Part shown: positions 38,028 through 49,103 of the stretch, piece by piece
Position numbering within the stretch: the stretch's first letter is position 1
Layout of the letters: each line of letters opens with the position of its first letter
Position numbers and translations under genes: made by a program
The notes under the pieces: generated by a model
Told to the model about the DNA's origin: nothing
Database searches by the model: none
The model's input: only the letters and a program-made list of their open reading frames with translations
Source: Hormiphora californensis
Taxonomy: Eukaryota; Animalia; Ctenophora
DNA length: 64,000 nucleotides
Assembly (NCBI GenBank): GCA_020137815.1
Contig: CM035352.1
Location: 744,001-808,000, forward strand
Reading direction: 5' to 3'

Positions 38028-38834
38028 TAGGGTGTGCTATTTTTCCCAACTCATAAATCAAATCCAATTTTCACAAAGTTTACCCCTAGAATGAGTTCCT
38101 ACGATCATTCTAAAACATTTGGTAAAAAAATTTTAGTCCTACCCTGGCCCAATTACGTGGGCCGATGTATGCCCATATATGGGCATATTCATATCAAAAA
38201 ATGTTTTTTGGGGCGTTATTTCGAAAAAACCACACATATGAATCGCCTCATGAGAACCAGTACAACCATTATTTCCAGTATGCACCTTCAGAACTCCATT
38301 TTATAATGAAACATTTTTTTTCATCTTTTTTTCTTGCACATTTTCCTACTTTGCAGTATTAGTGGAGACGAATTTTAACTTTTTGAGATTTTATTTGTCG
38401 GAAAGCAAATTCCGGTTGTAACCGACTAATTTTGACCTGCTGAACACGATCCCGTTTATGAAAAAGCTCTCAAAATTTAAGAAAATGACCAAAATGAACA
38501 TTTTTAGTCAAAAATGAACATTTTTGGTCCAAAATGAACATGTTCAGGTCAAAAATGAACTTTGGCTAACTTTCATGATACACATCCATTCTGATCGGTA
38601 TCAAACCGCTGAACACGACCCTGACCATAAAAAGTTGATATCAAGAACATGCCAAACACTGGTGTATTTTCCTTTTTTCGGTAAAAAAGTAAACTTTTTT
38701 AATCGCCTGGCCCACGTAATTGACATACACTACCCCAATTCCGATTTCAGGATGTAGTAGACAATTGTCCATAGTTTCATATCTACCCTTAAACTATTGG
38801 CCAAGTCGACAAAATTTTCACTTAGCACACCCTA
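38028..38834. mobile_element. Non-autonomous hAT-type element
   Basis: TIR TAGGGTGTGCTA / TAGCACACCCTA with perfect 8-bp TSD GTGAGCAT (38020-38027, 38835-38842). Confidence 0.85.
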
Positions 38835-38873
38835 GTGAGCATACATTTCGAATTTTAGCGCTGCAAAGTATCA

Positions 38874-39201
38874 TAGGGATCCCTAAAAAAGTTCAGTATT
38901 TACACAGCTTTTACACCAACACCGATTGGCATCACTTTCCGACAGCCGAAGAGAAGCTGCCGAAGAGAGAAAGGGGGTAACCGTATGAAGAGTTAATCGC
39001 GATGAGTCTCATTCACATTGGGTTCGATCATTTGCCCCCAGTGTTGGGGTTAGTAATAAATAAACAGCTTTTACACAGTCTTTACACAGTCATTAGTGAG
39101 GGCTATTGTTGCTTGGGTTTGCCTTTAGGAAATTTTCGAAAATTCACTAACCCCAACACCGATTGGCATCACTTTCCTTTTTTTGCCTTTAGGGATCCCT
39201 A
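38874..39201. mobile_element. MITE related to 37255-37700
   Basis: Both ends carry the palindrome TAGGGATCCCTA; shares its first ~40 bp with the 37255 copy. Confidence 0.55.
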
Positions 39202-39229
39202 TGCTGCGTCTTAAAAAATAAAATAAAAA

Positions 39230-39452
39230 TAGTGGAAGCTCTTACGGTATTTCCCACGCCCCGTGGGAAAGTTTTTCGACCGTGGGAAAGTTTTCAAACC
39301 GTGGGAAAAGAGAGATACATCAATAACTAATAAAAAACAATTTATTTTTTAACGTTATTGTATGTATCTCTCTTTTCCCACGGTTCGAACATTTTCCCAC
39401 GGTCGAAAAACTTTCCCACGGGGCGTGGGAAATACCGTAAGAGCTTCCACTA
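39230..39452. mobile_element. Second copy of TAGTG...CACTA palindromic MITE
   Basis: Same arms as 37467-37688; flanked by A-runs. Confidence 0.85.
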
Positions 39453-40230
39453 AAAACGAGATAAAATTTCAAACTTCGCGATCTAAAATTTTTTGGGCGC
39501 CGTTGTGATTTGAAAAGCGCTGCCTTATCCAGTTGAAAAGCGCTATCGGGGGCCAGCAACGTTTGCCAACTTAACCAGTTGAAAAGCGCTGCCTTATCCC
39601 GCGCCTTATCGGGGGCCATCAGCGTTTGCCAACGATGTAGTGGGGATCCTTGCTCCATCGTTGTGCGCGCCCGACGTCGGCGACCGTCGCCGACATCGGA
39701 GATTGAGCTGACAGTGGCACTCTCTCCCGCGCGCTGAGCGCTTTTTTCGCGCGGTACGTGTTAGTTTGTTCGGACTGTTTGTGAGTGTGACTGAAAATGG
39801 ATTTTGTCACCAAAAGTGGCCGGTCGCCTTGGAAACTTGCAGGACACCATTGAGATAGTAAGTTAAACGGAAATATCGGACTTGAGAGTCCCAACATGGT
39901 AATACAATATAGAGCTGGCCGTGGGGAAGGTATATCATACAATGGTGTCCTATGAACAGCAGTTAGAAAGTAGACCAATTTATCAAAACTACCGCAGTGG
40001 GTAGTGGCACTGAGCCGCAATAAAACAGGAAACATCAATGAAAGGATGGCATTTTTAGGTCAGCTCGATAGTCAAAACACTCTATAATGAAAATTCCGCT
40101 CTGTATTCTCCTTCTAATAACAGGGGTAATAATAGACATGTTCGGTATTGTTTATGAGTCCATTCACTGTTATTCCTATTCCATGTAAACAGCCAAAATG
40201 GAGCTGGATCAATACTGCAGTCAGTAGATG

Positions 40231-40292
<62 letters not shown>

Positions 40293-40644
40293 TGTAGGGG
40301 AGTAAGGAATATTCTGTTTCAATGTCCTGACATCACAGCATACATCACAACAGCACCCACAGGCCACAGTCGCCGTCATAGTAACATGTGGTGCAGTTTG
40401 TTACAGTCAACTCCAAAGTCGAATTCCGGCTCTGAGTGATCCTGGAGAGGAGGAGATGGGGTGTTAGGGCCTGGTTAATCAGGGGGTGAGTTAGGGGTGT
40501 TGGTGTGAGATAGATAGAAACTGGGGTTTCGGTCCAGATAGCAGGTGTTAAGATTAGATTAGATATAACATGGGCTATACCAGTACACGAGAGTGTAAAT
40601 TAGCAGTTAGGCGATTGAGAAAAACAACCTAACTGGGATTTTAG

Positions 40645-40855
40645 AGGATAGAGCTGACCCCGTTCCAGAGAGGACAGCCACCCCGTTCCAGAGAGGACAG
40701 CTGACCCCGCTCCAGTAAGGACAGCTGACCCCGCTCCAGTAAAGACAGCTGACCCCGCTCCAGAGAGGACAGCCACCCCGCTCCAGAGAGGACAGCTGAC
40801 CCCGCTCCAGTAAGGACAGCTGACCCCGCTCCAGAGAGGACAGCCTCCCCGTTTC
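40645..40855. repeat. ~20-21-bp minisatellite
   Basis: About 10 copies of CCCCGCTCCAG(AGA/TAA)GGACAGC(TGA/CA). Confidence 0.85.
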
Positions 40856-41265
40856 AAAGAATCATCTCCGATGTAGAACCCTATCAAAAATGGAAGAAGT
40901 GGGTTAGGGGGGCCAGTAGAACAAAAACAGTATTGGTTAGCGGGTTAGTGGATAAAGAGGCGTTGGGGGTCCACAGTTGGCTGGAAGATGCCTGTTCCAC
41001 TGGTAACCCTGAGCCGGAGAAGGCGGGGTAGGAACGTAATAGTTGGCGATGATACACTGTGGGCCACCTAGCCAAGAAGATGTTTTTGTATTTTGTATTT
41101 TCTGATTTTTTTTCCGTATTTCTGATACACAGGCCACAGCCACGCTCAGCCGCGGCCACACGGACCTGGAAATCGAACAGGGGGAAAAGGGGATGGGGAA
41201 AAAGGTACTCCGTGTGACCCCGTTGCCCGGGGAAAACCGATTGGAGGTGGTGGCAGGTGGACCAA

Positions 41266-41300
<35 letters not shown>

Positions 41301-41303
<3 letters not shown>

Positions 41304-42375
41304 CCACAACACGCACCACTCCCACATGGGGCCGTAAGGTCCCATGTGGAAACAGGGTTAAATCCCCCGAGCCCGGATCCTGTTGGATCTGAGGGCCCGG
41401 AGGGCCTGCGGAGTAAAGGTAGGTAGAACAATGTACATAAGGGTAGGTTGAACAATGTACATATGGGTTAAAGTAGGAGAAAATATATAAAGGGAATTAA
41501 AGCTCATGGTGACGGAGCAGAAGACCTCCTACACTATCTGGAAAGAAGCCCAACCATCTGGAACGGAGTCTAAAAAGGGTCAACTTATCAGGAACAGGAG
41601 AAGCAAATCGTCTGAATCTAGGGAAACCTAGTGGCAAGCAGGAACGGGTAGAAAGGTGTAAAAATAAATAAATTAATTACAATAACAGGGGTAGACAGCT
41701 CAGGAGGTATATTACATGTCGAGAACTTTCCGGAGCGTGTTCATCGAGTTGAACAGGACTGACTTTTGGAGCTGGGAGGGGTAGATTTGGCGGGTTATGG
41801 CAGTCAGGTACTTCTCCAGTCGGGGGCTGACTCCGCCAAGGGCTCCGATCACGATAGGGATGACCGTGGCCTTTTTAAGTTCCCAAATTCGTGTGAGCTC
41901 CCTCCGTAGTTCTTGGTACTTCTCGATCTTCTCCATCTCCCTGTCCGAGACTGACCTGTCTTTTGGTACAGCGACGTCGATCAGTAGCGCTTCCTTCTTT
42001 AGTTTGTCTAGAAGGACCAAGTCAGGTTTACATGCCTGGATGGGGTTGTCCGTCTGTATGTGGAAATCCCAGAGAATCTTGTAGTTCTCATTCTCAAGCA
42101 CTTTTTCTGCATAGTGGCTCCACCACTTTGATTCAGCAGGAAATCCGTAGTCCTTGCACATTCCCCAGTGTAGGGCGGCAGCTACTCGATCGTGTCTGTG
42201 CTTATAGTCTCCGTTGGAGAGTTTCGTGCATCCGTTTAGGATGTGTTCCACCGACTCGTTGTGTTCGTTACAGATACGGCACTTCTCAGTCACTCCTTGC
42301 TCTTTCTCTATGGCAGCTTTTATCCAGTTCGTGCGAATGGCTTGATCCTGGGCAGCAAATACATCGGCTTCGGTA

Positions 42376-42377
<2 letters not shown>
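41301..42377 (-). mobile_element. 5'-truncated R4/Dong-clade non-LTR retrotransposon (CCHC + restriction-like endonuclease) in an (AG)n tract
   Basis: Frame ending at 41712: AAQDQAIRT, CRIC...ESVEHILNGC, YKHRHD, ILWDFHIQTD, KPDLVLLD, IDVAVP, EKIEKYQEL, PIVIGALG; (CT)n on both flanks. Confidence 0.88.
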
Positions 42378-42416
<39 letters not shown>

Positions 42417-42944
42417 GGGGCGTGGTTTTTCTCAACAGGACCACCCTGACATAACTGACAGTAACACTAGCCACAGCCCCACACAGTCACCTATATCAAC
42501 CAGATCTCATCTATCCCCAACGAACTTGGATCAACCAGCAGCCACATGGTTAGGGGTGTAGTAGTAACTCTCGATTATTACTGGTCCGTTCTGATAGCGC
42601 AGTGTGAAGTCCTGAGGGGGAGGGAAAACGTGTAAAACAAGATTTTGGTATAACAGAGCTTTGACGATTAAAAAGCCTTGACAGTCAATCCTGATAAGTT
42701 ACCCTGTATAAGAACTCCTCCAGTGGAACACTCGGTGTTGTTATGGTCAACAGTAAAGGTGACAACATCTCCTATATCATCTGTTTAGTGGGATCAATAA
42801 TGAGCTACCTAACTCGCGTGGGTAGTCTGAGTGCCCTACCCCCATTTCCAATCAACTGAACCTGCAGCAGGGAGAAGGATGGGGAGATACGTATAGGCAG
42901 AGTTTTGAAATGAAAGGAAAAGAGAAAGGAAAAGAGAAAGGAAA

Positions 42945-43397
42945 AGGGAAGGGAAGGGAGGGGAGGGGAGGGAAGGGAAGGGACAGGAAGGGAAGGGAAG
43001 GGAAGGGAAGGGAAGGGAAGGGAAGGGAAGGGAAGGGAAGGGAAGGGAAGGGAAGGGAAGGGAAGGGAAGGGAAGGGAAGGGAAGGGAAGGGAAGGGGAG
43101 GGAAGGGAAGGGAAGGGAAGGGAAGGGAAGGGAAGGGAAGGGAAGGGAAGGGAAGGGAAGGGAAGGGAAGGGAAGGGAAGGGAAGGGAAGGGAAGGGAAG
43201 GGAAGGGAAGGGAAGGGAAGGGAAGGGAAGGGAAGGGAAGGGAAGGGAAGGGAAGGGAAGGGAAGGGAAGGGAAGGGAAGGCCAAGGGAAGGGAAGGGAA
43301 GGCCAAGGGAAGGGAAGGCCAAGGGAAGGGAAGGCCAAGGGAAGGGAAGGCCAAGGGAAGGGAAGGCCAAGGGAAGAGAAGGCCAAGGGAAGGGAAA
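42945..43397. repeat. (GGAAG)n purine microsatellite ending in GGAAGGGAAGGCCAAG variants
   Basis: Direct reading. Confidence 0.95.
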
Positions 43398-43851
43398 ATA
43401 TTACTATTACTGTAGTATTACTGCGATAATTCACCTCTAGCTTAGTATTGGTTGTGTGAGTGTTCACTGTAGTCCACGTTCTATAGCAATCCTGCCTAGC
43501 CATGGACGTTGTAGAAGCTTGGTCTTTATTCCTGTGTTTATCATATATCAGTTGGCACCTGGGTAGCACAAAGATAGTTATATATTGTAGAGGATAATGT
43601 TGCGACATAGGTGTAGAAAGATGTATACATCTTACATTACATGTAAAAACAGTTGTTTCGAAATGTATAGCACACTAGCCCAATTCGTTAAATTGAACGA
43701 CAGGTAAGTGATAAATGCGGAGGAGGTACAGGTTTGCCAGTGCTCGAACGTTTCAAAAATGAAATTGAAACACAAGTTTTGATTATACTAAAATAATCCA
43801 AATTTCAAAAAGTTTCAAACTTTTCAACACTACAAATTAATTTGAGCCAAA

Positions 43852-45140
43852 ATGGTTGACGATTGTGATCAAGTGGAGAAGCAGAAACGTAGACTCAAGG
43901 AGCTGCGTGATGACGACACTGCTAACGCTAAGGTAAAGAGACTGATCGATGCCTACAGCCCTACTGTTCTCCACAACACTAACGTTAAAAAACTGAAACG
44001 TTTTTCTGACGACACGCTAGAGCAGGCCGCGACATCCCTGGGATCGGGGAACAAATCTAAAGCTTCCCTGATTGATTGGCTCAATAATGGCCATAGAAGG
44101 ACTTTTTGAACAGTTCGGCGGTGCGTGTGGGAGCTATTACACTTTAAAGAAGGTGTACAACACAACTAGCAAAAACGTAGTAAACAGTGACAAATTGTTT
44201 ATCCAGGCATTTGGTGAAGGCTCAAGGCTGCTCAAGCTTTTTCAAACATTTCTCTCAACGAAAAACATAAAAAAGTAGCTAAATTTTGGGTAAAGATGAA
44301 TTTATAACTTTGGAATCAAGAACGGCACAAATAAAACAGAATACAAAGAAAGAACATCGAAATCGTTGTGCTGTTGCACCTCCCCCGCGCCCCAATACAA
44401 CGAAATCGTACAGAGCGTCCGGATAGAACCTCTCAGAATCCACCGAAGTGGAAATGAAAAATTTTTGGTTTGGCTCGAGTACGGACGAACAAGTGGCAGA
44501 GCGCGCGCAAATAAGAACAAAATGCGCGGCTTGGAATTGCGCGGTCTGGAGCTGCGCTCTCCACTAATGGCATTATCCAGCGATGAGGAAAATGCTGAAG
44601 CCACCAGTGCTATCCTGACGGAGTTACGAACACACGGCACACCCCGATGCCCCGGAACCTGTGAAACGTCGCATAAGAACCTACATGGCAACTTCCAATC
44701 ACAGTAAGAACACGACTAACATGAATAGATACTCGTAAAACACTCTACACGCAACTGCAGTCTCCTTCGGTGCCAACTGCCAAACCTACAGATGAAGAAG
44801 GTGAGCCGACGTACAGCAGTAAGGCATCCCTCTGTTTTGACTGGATCATAATAACGATAGAGGAACTCTTGCGGCTTGCCTGTAGTTCCACTGTGCCAGC
44901 TGTGGAGGTGTCTCTCACGATTGTGAGAATATTATGACAGAACAAAAGTCTGAGGTTCAGGTATGGATCTGCGGCAAGTGCACAGGGAAATTCAAGCTGG
45001 AGAAATTCTCTGGTACTCAGGAAAATCCCCCGCCAAGCGCCTCGAGCCAAAGAAATACTTGCCTCACTCGCCAACTAAAGTGGAGCATATCTGTACATTC
45101 CACCTACGAAGGAAGTGACGCCAGAGTTGCAGAAGTGACC
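43852..45140 (+). pseudogene. Decayed LINE ORF1-like relic (PHD-like Cys motifs), interrupted
   Basis: Frameshifted pieces LIDWL/IMAIEGLFEQFGGACGSYY, HCAS/CG...SHDC, VWICGKC; stops and an apparent insertion between them. Family call is from memory only. Confidence 0.35.
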
Positions 45141-45541
45141 GGCGGTCAGGGATAAAGTCCTGTTTTCAACTGTTCATCCTCACCTTATTATCCAATGATA
45201 ACAATGCTGTCCGCACGGTTCCTGAATCAGGAACTGTGCGGACAGGAATCCTGATAAGATAGAGACTTCATCCCGGACATTTGAAAATGGTCTAAAAATC
45301 ATCCTTACAATGCACCCGAAATATCTATCTTATCAGGAACCAGAGATATCGCGGAAATACAGTTTGCGAAAACCAGGGGGTGAGAACAGTTCAAAAATTG
45401 ACTTTTTGTCGTAAACCTACCCTAACTGCCTCCGGGCCCGGGGGTGACCACTGACCAAAGAGGCGAAGACCTCTGAATATTTTTGGGCAATTTTTAGGGC
45501 AACTTGGTTAATCAAGAACTGTATTTAGAATGAGGTAGCAA

Positions 45542-48500
45542 ATGTTCGTAGAGGAGCTGATGGATTTAACGGACAGGGAGAAACAGTTGATTTGTGAGCG
45601 GGACCAGCTCTCCGCTGAAAATCAGAAACTTCTTGAAGAGAAAAGCAAATCGGAGGATGAATTTGGGAAAATACGAGCTCGTTTTAAGGATCTGTATCTG
45701 CAAAGAGAAGGTAAGATACACACCAACCCTGCATGATCCGGGTGAATTCCCTACGGGCAGAGAAAATTAAAATTGAGCAATAATCTGTAACAATATTTCT
45801 TGCCTTGGTCGACCTTGTCTCACCGTGCCCCACAAATGTAAACAAGGTAAACATGGCAAAGGAAGTTTATAACATTACAAAACATTCCTTCATCAGCTGA
45901 GATAATTTCACTGAATGATGAGAAGGCGAAGCTGGAATCAGAGATGGCGGATATACGGACAGCGGCCCTTATCTCTCAGAACACTGCACAGGAGGAGATA
46001 GATCAGTTAACAAGAAGACATGGAGAGGAGATCAGGCACTACAAGCAGGAGTTTGAAGGTATTGTGAAGAGAGGGCCGAACAATATATGATGAAGTGCTA
46101 GTTCTACTAGTTATCTAAAAAGAGTGATAACGGTGCGACGTGTAACACAGCATTGTTTTCAGCTATTAAAGGAAGGGCTAGAAGTGAGTCAGTACTAAGC
46201 AACAGGATTAATGATAATGAGGAAGGGCCAGCGAACCTGGAGAGCGATATGGAACGGGTTAGTTAGAAATGGAAAGTTGCTTACATCTTATCTTATCTCA
46301 TTAAGATGAGCCTTGCTACTACATTCACTCGTGTTTCAGGCTAAGAAAGATGCTGACATGCTAAAAAACATCATTGTCCCTCTCGAAACGGTAATTATTT
46401 TATGTACCCCCCCCCCCCTATGTAGCAAAGTATATACCCGCTCCTGTCACTTCCCTCCTCTAACTGTACCCTGTTGCTTCAGGAGCTAAAAGAAGTAAAG
46501 CTGGAGTGTCAGAAATTAATGTCAGAAAATATGCGACTTCGAGAAAAGGTAAGGAGAAATCCAACTTGCTCTCTACTACCCCTTATTTTTGTCTCGCCAT
46601 ACCTTATTTATCGACCCTCTCTTGCCTTATAACGTTAGAACAAAACATCTAATATAACAACTGTTACCAGGAGAGTAATGAAAACAGACCCCAGCCGACA
46701 GTGGATATGTTATTGGATCTCTGTGATGATGTTACTGCAGGGGCAGAGGTTGCTGTTGAGATCGATTACCAGGAACAGGTAAAGTCCCCCTTTTTTAACT
46801 GTTCGGTTAACCAGGATCTCACACCACCCTTGTGAATCCCAGATGAGTTACCCAAACCTTGTACCACCCATGTAGGTGAAAGAGTTGGAGGCAGCACTTG
46901 AGGCCCTCCAAGTTGAGAACAAAGATCTGAATGACCAGTCAGCCTCTGAAAGGTCCCAGCTGGCTCTACTCGCCTCTTCTCTTAAGAATACACAGGAAGA
47001 ATTGACTGTCAAAACGGTAATGTGATAAATGTGTAGCACTTTACAGAAAAGTTTTCTGCCTTTGAGAAAACAGCAGAAACACATCACGCAGAATGAAAAG
47101 GCAAATCTAGAAAATCATAGACCGCGGGAGACGCGCACGTTTCTTGTGATGGAAGTAGTCATTGTTAGCACGAAATTAATGCGCGGAGACTGGGGTCAAA
47201 ATGTAAATTTGCTGGCGAAATAATGTTGCAACTGCAAGACAGTATTGCAAGGCACTTGCAGCGTGTGGAACAAACATTTCGAGCTTCTTTCTCAAATAAT
47301 AGAGCTGCTGATTATAGTTCCAAACATTTGATGTATAATGATATCACACTCAATTCTCCAACACAATGTCCACTGGCAACAGTCTTTGTGCTCCAACAAG
47401 CATCAATTTATTCAAGCTCATTCTTCTTGGATCTCAATTCTATACATTATGAAATGTCCAGAGTGGTATTAGATGGAGTTGATCAAGTCTATCAAATCTG
47501 AAAGGAATAGAATCTCAGTTAGGACCTGTCTGGCGCCGCGACCACATATGTTTGAGAATCAGTTCGGGGTCTGGCGCCGCCCGACAGGTTAGAACTTATG
47601 TATACAGTTAGGACTTGGCATACAGAATTTCCAAATGATGATCAAGTGTCTGCGGTGGAGACATGTGGAGAGGATGACCCATGTTCTAACCTTTATAACA
47701 AACTGATCCATCTTCATCCACACTCAGCTGCTTCAACACGTACTCCGCTGTAATGTAACATGTGTAGAGGAAAACAATAGTTGTACAATAATTAACCCTT
47801 TCTTTGGCCCACACGGTATTATTACTCCCCCGGCCCATAATACCACATTGTAATATTACCTTCATCATCTGTCAGCCTCTCTAGTCCAGATCCCACCAGT
47901 ATTCTCTTGACATGCTCCCTTGGCAGCCTCCCACAGTTGCTGATATCGAACACCCTGAATGCTTCTTTTAGTAGGTCCTCACTAGATAGCTCTCCCCACT
48001 CAGTTACACACAACTTCACGAAGTTATCGAACTCTATATAACCTGGAACTGAAAACACAAGTGTTACAACACATGTTGGTAACAGCAATTGTTTTCATGT
48101 TTATCAACCATAGAGGTCGCCGGTATACATTCTTCATACTACTGTTACACATGTTTCTGATATAAATAGGTGTTGAACTGTACCTACTACCTACATCGCT
48201 CCTGGCTCAGTTGAGCCAGGCACAAGGTACAGTCGAACTAAACCTACATCGTTTCTCGAGGTCCAGTATTTCATTGTCCAGATCCAGCTCCGTGGGGTTG
48301 ACTCCTGTTGTTCTCAGTGCATCCATAGCGCTCTCTTGGGGTAGCAACTGGTTTCCATCATCAGCGAATAGTTGGTACACCTCAAACAACTCTGCGGAAT
48401 GTCATGAGGAATAGATAGCTGGTTATTATACTGCTGTAATCATTGCCTTGCTCGACACATTGAACAAAACAATGTAATCGATTAAAACGAACCTACTGCC

Positions 48501-49016
48501 CGCTCAGCGTGTACCAACATCTCTCCACTGGGTCCTGCCATATGAAACTGCGGCAAATCAGAGAAGTTACAAATCAATACACAGGAGAAATGGCAGAGAA
48601 AATGTTATCAAGTGATGCATAACATGCGTGAGTGCATCGCTGATCGAACAGGGCACATATACAACTAGTACATTTGCAAGCAAAATGTCTCTTTCCTCTC
48701 TCTCTCCCTCCCGCTATCTCTCTCTCCTGCTATGTGCTTCTCTCTGTTTGAGAGTTGAGACAATTGGAGGAATAGCAAGCATTGCATGTCCCAAAGAAAC
48801 TGCCAGAAACTCTGTGGCTAGCCGCACAACTAAAACAGTAACCTGTCACTGCGCCATATACAGGTCACCACTATATGACACTGGTGACAGTGTTTAGTCA
48901 CTAAGTGAAGTGGGTCAACTTTAGTAGCTGCACTGCAATTACTTGTGCAAAGGAGAATTCTCTATACTAACAAGTACACATGCATACTGTGAGCAGCCAC
49001 TCATGGATCTCTCTCC

Positions 49017-49103
<87 letters not shown>

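Noticed and set aside
42805-43608. PSLPF / GKGRE repeat ORFs
   Set aside because: Translations of the (GGAAG)n microsatellite.
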